NCBI RefSeq assembly: GCF_009914755.1
Contig: NC_060935.1
DNA length: 64,000 bases
Source of the DNA: the human T2T-CHM13v2.0 reference genome, Homo sapiens
Reading direction: 5' to 3' (one strand)
The notes under the pieces were generated by a model. It was not told the origin of the DNA. It saw nothing but the letters and a program-made list of their open reading frames with translations, and did not search any database. Each line of letters opens with the position of its first letter. The first letter of the stretch is position 1. The position numbers were made by a program, and so were the translations under genes. Below are positions 14,996-30,740 of this stretch, in pieces.

Positions 14996-15150
14996 GCAGC
15001 TGTTCCCAAATTCTTCAGAGTTCCCTACGGATCTTTCAAAGAATGGAGTACCTGGGACCCACTCCAGACCTATCCAAGGAAACTCTCCAGAGGTGGGCCC
15101 AGGAATTTGTAATTTTCAATAAGCTCCCCAGGGGATTCTTTCACAGCCAG
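14996..15150. mobile_element. MER5-type hAT-Charlie fossil
   Basis: GGGCCCAGGAATTTGTAATTTTCAATAAGCTCCCCAGGGGATTCT motif. Confidence 0.6.
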
Positions 15151-15551
15151 ACTGACACCGTTTGAGTCTGGAGGACAGAGGAACAGGTCCATCAAAGTCT
15201 ATTCATATGAGAGTCGGTATAGGGAGTTTCCCAAAGTAATTAGTTCTGGTTATCTCACTTTGAGGAGGAAGAAAGTGAGAGTCATACTGAACATACTTAA
15301 GTTTAGAGAGAAGGATGTTTAGATTTGAAAATGTATTGTTTTGAGTAAAGGAGTTTAAGATAAATAAACATTTTAAATTTCTTTGTAGAAGCCAGTCCCA
15401 AGAATAGTTTTATTACTTCCCTAAGCAAGATAAAGTCAAGGAATAGAAGTGAGCTTCCCTACCACTGAATGAGTTTTAGGAGTAAACCGGCTGCTGAGAG
15501 TCAGCCACCACCCCAATGCGGTGACCTTGGGAGAAATGACACACACTTTGT

Positions 15552-15680
15552 CCTTGTGTCAGTGGCCCACATGTTGTGTGCATCTGCGAGGGTCTAAGGG
15601 GGTTAGCATATTGTGACATGTTTACACGTGGTCTGTGACATGGATTTATTGGCGATCTCATCTGTTTTTAACTAAATTAA
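15552..15680 (-). repeat. Copy A of a 128-bp inverted duplication (partner 35448-35575)
   Basis: Manual gap-free alignment, about 11 mismatches (about 91% identity). Confidence 0.9.
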
Positions 15681-16625
15681 CCAATTAACAAGCATTCTAG
15701 AATACATACACTTGTTGTGTGTCTGAAAACAGAGAGAAAGGGAGAGAGATGGAGACAGAGAAAATATCCAAAGAATGAGCCCTGGCCCCAGTCGGGGCTT
15801 TGGAGGTTGGCATTCTGGGGCATTCTTGACAGATGACACCCTGAAGCTCAGCTCTTCTGCCCTGACTCTTCCTCAACAGAATCTTGGTGGTGGCTCAGGA
15901 CAGCCAAGATGTCATCTAGGAGCAGGCATGGGCAATACACCCACAGCCGGCCACAGCCATCTCAGAGGATCCCAGACCTTAGACTGTCCTGTCCAGAGAC
16001 TGAGGGCTGGGAGAGATGGAGAAAACAGTGCTTCTGTTTGAAGGATTTAGTGGACGGAGAAGCCCCATGGACAGAGAAGCAAATAAGTTATTTCAGCAGC
16101 CAAACTGAGACTTTGAGTATGAGCTATGGCCACTCACCTTGGGGGCAGTCAAGGCAAAGCTTCCTTTACAGCAGCCTAAGCAAATGCCTTCTGTGGGCTG
16201 GGGATCTCTGTGACCCTCCACATTTGTCCCAGGGTACTGGCTTGAGTGCCTAAGCTTTGCTAGGCAAGGTCTGTGTCTTGGGAAGAAGGAGATGCAGACA
16301 GCAGCCCAAAGCGTTTCAAGGGGCTTGTTGACAGTCTCTTAGGAGGTGTCTCTGGGGCTCAGATGGAACCTCGCCAAGCCCTCTCTCTGCATGCCTCCCC
16401 ATCACTGCCCCCAGAGTGGGGGTGCATCCGTTGGTAACATGGGAGGTGATCATAGTGGTACCCAGGAGCCATTTATTGTTTTAATAGCTATGCATTTATT
16501 TTCACGTTTTTAAGAAGAGACTTAACTAGCATATCAAATCCTGATTTTGTGGATTTTATGTCTTAGAACAAGGTTAAAGGAAGTAATTAATTTAAAAAAG
16601 TGAGTCAGATTTAAGAAAAATATTA

Positions 16626-16900
16626 GGCCGGGCACGGTGGCTCACAGTTGTAATCCCGCTGAGGCGGTCAGATCACCTGAGGTCAGGAGTTTGAGTCCAG
16701 CCTGGCCAATATGGCGAAACCCAGTCTCTATTAAAAATACAAAAAAAATTAGCTGGACCTGCTGGCGTGCTCCTGTAGTCCCAGCTACTCAGGAGGCTGA
16801 GACACGAGAATCACCTGAAGCTGGGCAGTGGAAGTTGCAGCGAGCCTAGATTGCGCCACTGCACTCCAGCCTGGATGACAGAGCGAGACTCCATCTCAAT
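16626..16900 (+). mobile_element. Alu
   Basis: Dimer; tail expanded into (GGAA)n. Confidence 0.92.
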
Positions 16901-17046
16901 AAGAAAGAAAGGAAGAAAGAAAGAAGGAAGGAAGGAAGGAAGGAAGGAAGGAAGGAAGGAAGGAAGGAAGGAAGGAAGGAAGGAAGCAAGGAAGCAAGGA
17001 AGCAAGGAAGGAGAGAGAGAGAGAAAGAGAGAAAGAAAGAAAGAAA
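16901..17046. repeat. (GGAA)n/(GAAA)n polypurine microsatellite
   Basis: About 15 consecutive GGAA units plus variants. Confidence 0.95.
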
Positions 17047-17538
17047 TTAAGTAAATAATGATACAGCTGGCTCAGGAATGATGCAAAAGTCATAAAGTAT
17101 GGGGGAAAAAAACAACAGAAAACAAAAAACAAAAAACACGGCCCTAGATTAAACACATGAGTAATAGCCAAACAGCAGGCCATCCCGGAAGAGATGGAGG
17201 TGCTTTCTAGAAAGGACATGACCTAAAGGAGTGAAGTGTCACAGGTCCTGGGCCAGGATGGGGAAGGGGAAAACCTGCCCTTCAGCTTTCCTTCCTCCTG
17301 CAGCCTCATGCCTATCGCCTAGGCTGAAGAGCTGCAAAAAAAAAAAAAAAAAAGCAAGTGAAAACGATGATGATTTTGCCAATAATCATAATGTACTACT
17401 TTTGCAACCAAAAATATATTTTTTTAAGTAAGAGCGCTATTTCACTAAACTTCCCAGGGACATTGCCAGCGTGAGCTTTAGCAGCAACGTCAGGGGTGGG
17501 CAGGGGTCAGGGATCTTTTCCAGGCCTCCACAGGGTAG

Positions 17539-18036
<498 letters not shown>

Positions 18037-20213
18037 CATCCTTAATGCTTTTAATTTAATTTTTGCGTGTGTGCTTTTTAATGGTCATATATGTTTGAGT
18101 ATAAATACAAATATACTTTATAAATACATAAATATCAGAGTGCATGCGCAAAATTGTTTATTGATGGGAGGCGTGATCTAAAGAGTCTGGCAAGGGTAAG
18201 TCCACGTTCCTCACTAACTACTCCTGCCTTGGATTGCCGTCAATGTGTCCGCCGTGCAAACTGTGCCTCCCACACTAGATGCTGAGGGAGGATAGTCAGG
18301 GAGGTGTTGTGGAGACCTGTGCCACTGAGTTCAAACCACCTCATGCTGAAGTGGAGTCACTGGGGCCTAGAAGGTACCAAGGGGCCCAGGATCCTTGTGG
18401 GGAGCGGATATAGAGAGGGTCTTTGAAGTCTCTCAGTACTGGAATGAGCACAGGGCTTGCCTTCAGAGGAGTGTGTGCTGGAGCCCCAGCCCTGGGACAC
18501 ACCAGTTGCACAATCTCAGGTGAGCCACTCTGACCTTCCAGGTTGTCTTCCATAAAATGAAGAGGCTGGTGAGTGATGTATACCTCGTGCTATTGCTGTG
18601 AGAGTCACATGAAGTAATGGAAGAGGAAAAGGGCCTTGGGGAATCACAGAACATCTTCCTTCACCCAGGCAGCATCCCAGGCACAGGTTGCCCCACAGGC
18701 CTCCTGGGCTCCTAGGTCTGTAAAGACGGGGTGCCAGCTGGGGGAACCTAGGCCAAGGCCCCTGCCCAGACAAAGCCAAGTCTGGCTCAAGTGGGCCAGA
18801 GTCATGCACAGCCCAGGTGAGCTGGGCACTAGCACCCAGCCACTGACACCAACCATCAGCTGCCCCTGCCATCTGGAGACCCAAGGCAGCTTTGGTTCTC
18901 CGTTTATCCCCACCAGACCTTGGGCAAGAAGGTGGGGAGCAGAAACAACTGACACATACAAAGTGGCGGTCACCCATCCTGAGCACCCCCGCAGTCCTCC
19001 TGCCTCAAAGCCTCCATTTCACTCACTCTTCTAGCCCCCACCCTTGCTTCCTCATCATAAGTGCCGGCCGATGCATGCATGTTGCAGAAAATAGGATAAA
19101 TCAGGGTTGCTTTGATTGGTTGCAAGTTCAGAGGCTTTGGGGTTTTGTAGATCTGCCCGAAGCATTGAAACACCTAAATACTTGGATGATTCCTCTCTCC
19201 TTTGTCACCTCTGCCACAGGGATGCATCTTGAATCCCAGACCCAGGACTTCCAAACCTTTGAGCATCCTTTGTAGAAAATGGCTCCAGTGACCTCCCCCA
19301 ATCCATCCCCACCCTATCTGCAGAAGAGCTTATCTGGGGGCAGGGAAGATGCTTTGATTCATTCCATTCCCCTATTTCTGATTCTCATCCTTTAGTAAAG
19401 CAGGAGAGACAGAAGGGATTGCTCTGGGCTTTTGTGAAGATGTGTGAGGGAGGTAGAGGCAGGCTCATGTTTGCCTGTATGCAGAGCCAAGAAAGGACCA
19501 GTGGATATCGGAGGCATTGTCTTTTATTCTAACTGGTGGCACAAGAAGCAGAGAAACTATCCTATCCAGTTTTGTACAGACGATGCTATGCCTTGTATTG
19601 TTCTCTGTGGATTTATAACAAAGGCTGACATCCTGAAACAGATGGGAGTTTCTCACACTCAGGCACACAGCTTGCTCACCCACCCCTGGGTCTCCCACAA
19701 GCCAGCTCACTGCCTGGCACACAGGAGCCATTCGTGGATGCTGAAGTGAGCCATGAGGACAAGGCCATGCCTGATTCGGCACTATCCTAGCACAGTCTAA
19801 CACAGCTGGATGCTCGGTTTTCTTTATTTGATTAAAGGCAACTTAAATTAGCGGCCACTTCTCTCCTCCCCATGCCCTGGATGAGACCCTCATATTGAAC
19901 ACCCAGCAGATCTTGCAAATCAGGGCTGAGTCTCAGCGATCCATTGCACTGGTGATAGCCTGAAATTGAGGTTAAACCCAGGCGAGAGCTCTCCCAACAG
20001 CCCAAGAAGGGGGTAACGGTGAGAACTCTCACTACAGTGCAGACAGTGTAACAAGGGCTGCCAGCTCCACCCCACCTGTGCACACCCTTACCATCAAAAC
20101 ACACCACAGGAAGGGGAGAATAACAAAGCCAGCCATGTCATCTGTGGTTTCACCTCTACAGTGACACATTTTCCTGTACTGGTGCCCCAGCAGGGCAATC
20201 TTAGTTTAGGTTG

Positions 20214-20271
20214 ATACTAATACTAATACTAATACTAATACTAATACTAATACTATACTAATACTAATACT
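20214..20271. repeat. (ATACTA)n hexanucleotide repeat
   Basis: About 9-10 units with one interruption. Confidence 0.95.
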
Positions 20272-20805
20272 CTTGGGTTGATTGTGAACAAGAGACACGG
20301 GTGACGCAGGGAGAGTGCTAGGTGTGAGGTCCCACCTGCCAGGTGTCTGAATCATGAACCTTCTGCAGAGGGAACAGTACTGCCTGCCTCCCTAGAACAT
20401 GGCGCTGATGACATGAGAGGTGTGAAAGTGCCTGGCAAAGAGCGGGAACTCTTCCACACTGTACATTGTTTAAAGCGGGAATAAGAGTTGCTGTCCAGGT
20501 TCAAAGGCAACTCTTGGAACAATGCGGGTAGCGGGTGCTCTTTGCATAAACACCATAGAAAAGGTCATCCCCACCCACGTCCCCCAACAGCTGTGCAGCT
20601 CTGCCTCCCTTTCCCCAGAGGAAAACTCAGACTCCAGTTTCCCGCGTCCGGCCTTCTACGGCTGCTCAGGACTCCAGGGGACAAAAGAAGGGCGAGAGGC
20701 AGGAGTGAGAGGGAAGTGGGTGGTTTGCTGCAAGCGGGGAGCTGCTGAGGGCAGGCTGGGGCCCTGCAGGGAAGCAGGGAGATTGTGGAAGATGTGTCTC
20801 CCACG

Positions 20806-20975
20806 CAGAGGAGGATTTGCCAGGAGGCCAACAAGCTAAGCTTCAAGCCGCTCACTTGTACGGACCCTTCCAAGTCCCTCTTCCTAAGTTTGTATTTATA
20901 ATTTTGTATTCTTCATCTAAGAAAGCCTCAAAACTATGTAAGCCTCAGGCCCCCACAGAACCTGAGTCTGCCCTG
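20806..20975. mobile_element. hAT-Tip100-like MITE
   Basis: Ends CAGAGGAGGATT.../...GAGTCTGCCCTGG; both ends match, inverted, the element at 41801-42635. Confidence 0.5.
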
Positions 20976-21411
20976 GCTCCCACATAGAATGCTTCTCTCC
21001 TCTGAGATAAGCCCCTAGCTCTTCCCTAACGTGATCGCCTACGCCCCCTTCCTTCCAGCCACATCCCACGACCCCCACCTGGGCATTTCTCTGTCCAGCC
21101 AAACATAGGCATTGGCTTATAATGTGCCCCTGCCTGCCTCTCCTGGAACCTCTCAGCCTGGGGCACTCCTGCTCACCCTCCGAGACCCACAGCAAATACT
21201 TCCAACAATAGGAAGCCTTCTCCCAGGTCCCAGACAGAATCAACACTTCATCCTGGGTGCTGCCACCACGCTCAGCATGTCCCTCTGTCATAGCACAAAT
21301 ACCCCACAGGGGACTGCACTGTTGAAGGTCCACCTCCCAGCCTAGGCTGTGGTTCCTCCAGGGTCCAGACAGGCTTATCTGATTCTGTGTCTCCAAAGCC
21401 TACTAGCTCAC

Positions 21412-21754
<343 letters not shown>

Positions 21755-21960
21755 TCAGGGCTCCCAGGTACAGGGCAAATGTTCCTTGAATAAATGAATT
21801 AACTGATGGCCTCAGCCAGGGACAATGGCAGAGTGACTGAAAAGGTCGGACTTCAGTCCTGGAGTCCCACCTGCATGGCTCCCATGCTCTGGCAACCCTT
21901 CCTTGGATTCCTTATTCAACTCCTCCAAACAGCAGTCCTGAGAAACCATTCCTGCAACCT

Positions 21961-21979
21961 GAGCGCCCTCTGGTGGCTG
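21961..21979 (-). promoter_or_regulatory. CTCF motif (near-consensus)
   Basis: Minus strand CAGCCACCAGAGGGCGCTC. Confidence 0.7.
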
Positions 21980-22245
21980 AAATGTTGCCTTCCCCCAAGA
22001 ACTAGAGGCAACGGGTGGGGCCTTCCTTGGACATCCAGCATAGCTCTTTAATTCCCTAAAGCAATGTGTTTACAAGGCTCTTATTCACTTGGAGGCTCAA
22101 GTCCTACCATTTATGTTATTCTTTAGCCTGGAAGCTTTGAGAACTCATCTCATTCAAGGTCCCAAAGACCCCCACCCCAGCCCCTGTTCCTCTGACAGTG
22201 ATGTGGTCTCCACATCTGCCTGCAAGGTCTCAGAGAGGAAAAAGA

Positions 22246-23564
<1,319 letters not shown>

Positions 23565-24149
23565 AAAAAGGGAAGGCCGTCCCTGCCTCCCATGTCTCTG
23601 GTATGACATTCCTGTTTGTGGCTGCCAAGGCCAGTTTGGCAGCCTCTGAGTGGATCCCTCAAATTCCAGGGCCTCCAAGATATGCGGATTTTCTGCCAGG
23701 GTCAGGATGAACTATAGAGACCCCATCTTGCAGGAAGTCATGCGCTATTCCTGGTTTCCTAAGGACCCCACCAGCTGTTCCATTTCAACAGCCTTACTCA
23801 CTCTATGCCACACCTGCCACCACCACCCCGGCCCTGCCACCTCCTACCAAGACATGCTTTGTTTGTGCTTTTTTGGCCTCTGCAGTGCTGAATTCATACC
23901 TGAATGTGATGTCTTTTGGTGGGGCATGTCTTCTCCTGGGGTCCCCCACTACTTGTTAAATATGTCTAGTCATTTCCCTTAGTTTCCCCTGGCTCTTGAA
24001 GGACTCTGAGTCGGAGACTCTACTCTATGCAATTCATTCTCATCCTCCTCTTCACACCAGCTCATGTCTGCCTACAAAACACCACCCAATAGCTGCTTCT
24101 TCTAGGAAGTCCTCCTTGGTTATTGATTCGATAATCATATACTATTCTT

Positions 24150-25700
24150 TTCCTACATAGGCCAGGCATCTGGAAATGGGAGAAAGAGCTGCAGACCTCT
24201 GGTGGAGAGAAAGAGGAGCTGAGATAGCACACAGTGACAGGTAATCTGTGCTATAAGAGGTAAACATGGGGGCTTGGAGAGCACTAGGGGAGATCCCAAA
24301 ACCCAGATTTGAGGGTGATGCCAAGGAAGCATCCCTGGACTATGTGAGGTCTGTGATGAATTGTGAAGGATGGTCAGTAGTCAGTTGCCAAGCAGAGGAG
24401 GTGGTGAAGGAAGAAGAGGCTCTAGGCTGAAGGTGGACAGGTAGGAGAGATCACGGTTCCCTTAAGGTTCCATGTGGCCAGGTAGTGGCCGACGATCAAG
24501 TGGTGGATGGGGCAGGTCATGGAGGTCTTGCCGCTTCTCAAGGAGAGGCGGGATTCTATTGGCCCCTGAGAGGCTCACTTGGGCCAGGGTTGGGACATGC
24601 TGGGAGTAGCGAGCCCAGGCTAAGGCGGCCCTCCAGGCAGCCAGAAGGGTCATCCTGGAGAGATGATGGGAGCCTGACCCAGGGCAAGGGACAGGGGAGA
24701 GGTGGATAGGACATCAGGAAGGGAGGGTCAGCAGAACTGGGGATCAATTGGAGGTAGTAAGTTAGGGAGAGAGGGGAGGCCTGGTGACTCCTGGGTGTTG
24801 ATTAGGCAACAGGGTGGATGGCAATGCCACTGATCAAAATGGGGACATGCAGGAAGGCAGTTCCATCGTCCTGTTGAGCTCAAGGTACCTGCCAGACCCC
24901 ACGAGGAGATGTCCATGGGGCAATAGAGATGTAGGTTTAGAGCTCAGGAGGGTCCCCTGGACCAGAAAGCTGAATTTGGGAGATATCAGCACCCAGGTGA
25001 TAGGTGTAATCGCAGAAGGGGATGAAATCCCCAGGAGGAGAATAAAAGCAAGAAAAAGAGAGGGCCACAGAGGAACCCCTCGGGAACACCAACATACAAA
25101 GTGGAGATGACGGAGAAGATCCAGACAGGGAAGGACAATCACGGTGTGAGAAAGGCTCCAGGAAGACAGGCCAATTCTGCAGAGAAGGCAAGCGAGATCA
25201 TTTAACACCATTTGCAGAAGTAGCAACGGAGGTCATCAGTGGCCTCTGCAAACACAGTTCCAGTGAAATGAAGGGAGCAGAGGCCAGACCACCGAGGGGT
25301 GTAGAGTGGATGGAGGTGCAAGGAGGTGGTGAAGAAAGGAGAAAAATAGCCAGGCCACACATTTCCATGAGAACTGGAGGTGACAAAGGTTGGCCGCTCA
25401 CTCCCCAAGCTGAGTGGTGAGGGGAAGGAAGAAGGTCTGGCCACAGGGCGAGAGCAGCCGGAAGCCTCAAGGGAAAGCGGTGCATTGGAAGAAGGGAGAT
25501 GTGGGCATAGCTACCTGCTGGAGAAAGGGCGACACTGAAGGCGCAGAAGGAACTGCCAACTGGTGCTCTCTTAAGAAGGAGGAATAGAGTTCAGAAGGCT
25601 TTGAAGGGATAGAGACAAACCTTCCTGGAAACCAAAGTGCACTCAGGAAGGGTCTGGGTGTAGTTATGTGTATGGGAGTGGGAAGGATAAGGAGAGGCAA
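24150..25700 (-). mobile_element. Degraded L2 fragments
   Basis: Purine-rich L2-like motifs (GGTGACTCCTGGGTGTTG, GAGCTCAGGAG, AAGTAGCAACGGAGGTCATCAGTGGCCT). Confidence 0.55.
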
Positions 25701-28700
25701 GACATGAGGCATTCCTATCTGAGGATCTCTGCTTCCTCTGTGCAGTAGGAGGTCAGAGCATCTGATGAGAGCATTGGGGGAGGGGAGTCCTGATGGGGAC
25801 CTTGAAGAGGACTCTGAAACATGAACAGAGCCACTGTGGGGAAAGAACTGACCGTGGGCATCTAGATGACACACTGCTGGGGGTGGGAGACTCCGCTGGG
25901 CGCTGGAGGCAGTGCCGTTGCTGTGGTCACTGCTCTGTGGCCAAAGGACTTTTCAGCACCCAGGTGCAGGGGTGATGTGGGTGGATGGCTGGCCTGCCCC
26001 AGGGCTGCAGTGTTGCTGGCCAGGTGTGGGAGAAGAACAAGGATGAAGGTATTATATTTGCAAGTGAGTGGTATGTTGAGGGGATTCGCCTCGGAGGCTG
26101 AAAGCAAAGCCAGGAAGGAGCTGATGAAATGAGAGAAATCGGAGGTGTGATGAGAGAAATTGGAGGTGTCGGGAGCTGGGATTCTTTATGAGGCAGACAG
26201 CAGGCGGAATGCAGGCACGAGGGTGGAAAGGCTGGAAGGATGGCAGCGCAGGACTGGAGGATGACTGACCAGAGACTGAGCTTGATGATGCCAAGAGGCA
26301 ATTTTTGTGGAATGAAACACAAACAGACATTATCGTTCAAAGTAAACGATGATATTCATCTCCAGTTCATCCAAGCCTATAATTTGATACCTGGCTGCAG
26401 GGTAGGGTAACCGCAGGCAGGGGATTAAACTCTGTTGACCCTGTGACCTAGTTGACATAGGGTCATACTGACAGCTAATTAATTGTCCTGCCTAATTAGA
26501 GCAAGTTTTGTAATTGTTTTAAAAATTTGTCTCAGGTCCCCGTGGCCTGGGGGCTGGTCACCCTGTTGTGGGACTGTTCTGCTGGGCCAGGAGAGCAGGG
26601 TCCCTGAAGCGGAGCATGCATTGGCTGCCACACACCTCTCAGGACTTCCCTGCAGCCCCCACGGTAATTGGCTGTCTCCTCTTCCTGGGCTCACCCCTCC
26701 TTGCACTGAGCTTTCTCTCCTCCTATCCCAGTCTCAGGTTCAGTATTCACCCCAGGGCCAGGAGTGTGGGGAAGGGGCTAGAGCTGCACATGGACCCAAG
26801 GCGGGAGGGGCGCAGGCCTGGGCAGGTGGGCAGCTTTGGACGAGGGACCAGCAAGCAGCTGCAGCCTGGGCACAAGAAGAAATGACGGGGCGAGGAATGG
26901 GGTGCGAAACCACAGGGTGAGAGGCACGTGCCTGGGACCAGGCTTGGAGTAGAAGCGAAACCAGAAATCCAGTTGTAAGCACAAGAGAAAAATCAGAACC
27001 TCAGGGAACTCAGGGCAGGTGCCTCTCTATCAAAGGAGGGGCAGTGCAGACTGGGAACCAAAAACCCAGGGCACCCATCTGGACCCGAGGGCTGCGGCGC
27101 AGAGCACGTCCTGCCTCCAGGCCAAACTGCTCTGGGAGATGACCAAGAGCCCAGCTCGGGGGGCCTGGGGAAGGAATGGGGTGGGAGCTGTCCTTCTGCA
27201 GAACAGGAAGCCACAGCTTCAGAGCCTCTCCCCACCTTCCTATCCCTAAAGCAGCAAGTGCTTCTGAGGCTTTGCTGGTAACTACAGAGAAGCAGGAGAG
27301 AGGTCAAAAAGGGCAAGAGGGGCAAGCGACAAATGCATCAGAAACGTCCCCAGAGCGTGGTGACAGAGCTGGGGGAGGCCTCCCACCAGGCCAGGGTCTT
27401 GTCCAGAGACAGGGACCATCCCAGTTCCTCCACACTTGGGTTTGTCCCACACTGGCGTCTGCACACAGCCTCAGTGTGAGTCACCAGGCACTGCCGGCAC
27501 CTACCCCAACATTAGGTTCTGCAGAGGCCAGAGTGTGTGATTGAGAACATCTTCAAGCTCCCGGCCATCCTGTAGAGGAGTTATAACCTGGGGGGCGTGG
27601 GACTTCCTATTCACAGTAAATATCATCCCATGACACTGCTCCGATGTGAGAAGTCTCTAGAAGAGGGAAGGTCACATGAAGAACGCTGTCACCTGTGATG
27701 CCCAGGCATGGGGGTGGGGGCAGTTCTCAGTCTGGGAGGGGAAGTGGTGCCCCTCACTCCTCACACAGGTGCTGAGAGGAGGGAAGAGCACCCAGCATGG
27801 AGCCCACAGCCCTGCAGGGGTCTGGGCTCTGCCACTCACCGAGGGCTCACCTCTTACTTGGAACATGAGCAGCCTCATAGACACATCTCAGAGTGCAGAA
27901 TGTGTGGAAGGTCTCTGCCAACTGTGAAGCATGACACACAAGTTGGCTGCTGTTGTTAAAAACCCAAGAGCACGCAACACGCAACAGGGGCTCTGGGGCC
28001 CAGGCAAGCAACTAACTGATAGGCCTTGGGGTGCCCTGGGGTCCGTCAGGATCCTTCAGTTTCAGCAGGTCTTCCCACATAGCTCTACCTCCATTCATTT
28101 GCCGCCTTACCTGGAAAAGCAGCCTGGAATCCCAGAGCCCTGCCTCACTCTGAGCCCAGATGAAACCCCAAACTGCTATTCCAAACCACCATATCTGAGA
28201 CACAGGGTGAGGTGCTCAATCCTACTGGATAAACTTGTCTAGAATTCCGGCTCCCACGCCGGCCTAGGGATCAGAGGCCTCCCACTCCCTCCGTGACAGG
28301 GAAGATAAGTACCAAAGCAAGCTAGGAACCTAGAGGCAGGGAATGATTAGCATTTTATCTCATAGCCTTGAGCCTGGGAGTGAGTGGAGGCTGTACTGCC
28401 CTGGCAGACACACCTGCAGACCCACCTGTGAGGGCCCAGGAGGAGAGGAGTCTGAGTGGGGTGCCAGGAGGCAGCCAGGGCTGTGCCCAAGCCCAGTCCC
28501 TTTATCAAAACCCAATTCCCGCGCTCTAGGGGCTCCCTCAAGCCGTATCTACTCACATGCCTCTCCTCCAGGTCCCCCACCCATGTGGCCTGCCTAGAGT
28601 CTCTGCCCAGAGCCCAGACCACTCCCCATCCCACCACCTCTCAGGTGAACGGGGATGGGGTAGGAGGCTGTGGTCTTTCTCCCCTGACAAGAGTCTCAGC

Positions 28701-30435
28701 CCCACTTCCCATGCTGTGAGTGTGAGCACCCACTCCCACCTCCCCACACACCTCTTGCAATTATAATAGCTCTTGGTGCTAATGAAAGTGCTGGGAAATA
28801 CAAAATCAGGTCTACTGGCATCGGAAGGCATGAGTCAGGGTTTTGCTGCAGTCTGTTTCGATTCAGCCTTTTCTTCCCAGGCCGGCAGCGAGGGCAGGAC
28901 AGGGGCCAGGCAGCCCTGGGAAGCCTTAGTGGTGGAAACCCAGGGACAGCTGCCATGCTCACCTGGGAGACTGTCCTTGGCCGCCTTTCTTCTAGGCTTA
29001 GCATCCTGTGTTCCTCTGGACCCCCGGGGGTCTGGGAGAGCAACTGCAAATGGCTGTCTGGGACCCCCTTCTACAGAGTCCAGGGTGTCCCTCTGGCTGT
29101 TCCCCTCGCCACCCCTTCCTCTAATTCCCTGCCAGCTCCAGGTTCCCTGGAATGCTGGTTCTAATCTGGCTTCCAAGTCTCTCTTACCAGCCAGACATGG
29201 GTACTCCCATCATCCCTCCCACATGGCTGCCCTCATCCTTTGGATCCCCAGGCAGACACCCACCCTGGCCCCCTTTTAATTTTCCTTTTTTGATCTATAA
29301 GTAAGAGAGGGACAGAGAAAGCACTTCCAGGCTGCCCCTCTCCAGCCCTGTGACCTCACATCACAGTGTCCTGGTTGCAGGTTGAGGAACTCCAGTGGGA
29401 GGCGTCCAGGCCAGCAGAGGCTCCCAGAGGCACCGCTTCTGCTGAGTCACCCATTCTAGCATATGGTCGTGGCCCTGCTTGTTCCAAAACGGGACACCTT
29501 GCACTGCCACTCGTGACAGACACATGACACCCACAGTGGGAGTGATTGAGAGGCTATAGACAGGCCAAGGCGCAAGCCCAGCATCATTTTCAACCCCGCC
29601 TCTTCCAAGAAGGGAGGTGATTAAGACTCCAAGCTTCAGCTGCAGAGAGACCCAGCTTCAAACCCCAGTTCTGAGAGTGTTTCCCTGTAGGTGAAATGGA
29701 GAAAATAATGCCCACCTCACAAGATTGAAAAGATTGGATGATCGATTCACAGAAGGCATTTAGCAAGTTCTCCCTCAATAAGTGGCATTTCTAGCTACTT
29801 TTATGCCAATGTATTACATTTTTTAAGTAGTAAATTATTTCAGGGACTAGAGTGGCAGGTCCCCAGCTGGAGCTACCTTCTTCTTGGCATTAGTGCTCCA
29901 GGGAAGCAGAATCAGTAACTAAGTTACCAGACGAACACCGTCGGATCAAAGGAAGTGGGAGGGGTGGGGGATACTTCACCTGAGCCCTGGGAAAACCTCA
30001 CAGATCCTGCTGGCCTCCACAGAGGCAACCTCTGTTAAGCAGAACCTGCTTATGTTCCCCACAGCCCTTCCTGCGACCTGGGCTGCTGGACACCGATTAG
30101 CTTGGATCTACGGGGCCCATTTCCTCTGCACCCAGGACCGCTCTTTGGTGACTCTTTCACTAGATATGATGCTAGACAGAGCCAGCATCAAGCCTCTGTC
30201 CCCATTATGAGTTGACTTCACAAAACCAACCCTCCCTGCTCAAGGGATTCCCACTTTTGCAGCCCACAGCAAAAGCATTGGCGTGTAAGTAACAATGCCA
30301 CCTACCACATGGGGCAGAACCCCACCAACTGCCTCGGTCCAAGTTCATTACAACTCAGTCTCCCCTTGGAATTGGAAGGTCCTTGACCTCCCACCAACTA
30401 AGCTTCCAATTTTGTTTCATCAAAAATGAAAGTGG

Positions 30436-30740
<305 letters not shown>

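Noticed and set aside
15598-15620. EBNA1-like site GGTTAGCATAT in the inverted duplication
   Set aside because: Only one half of the TAGCATATGCTA palindrome and no array
26129-26169. 21-bp tandem duplication ATGAGAGAAAT(C/T)GGAGGTGT
   Set aside because: Only two adjacent copies with no spacers; ordinary slippage, not an array
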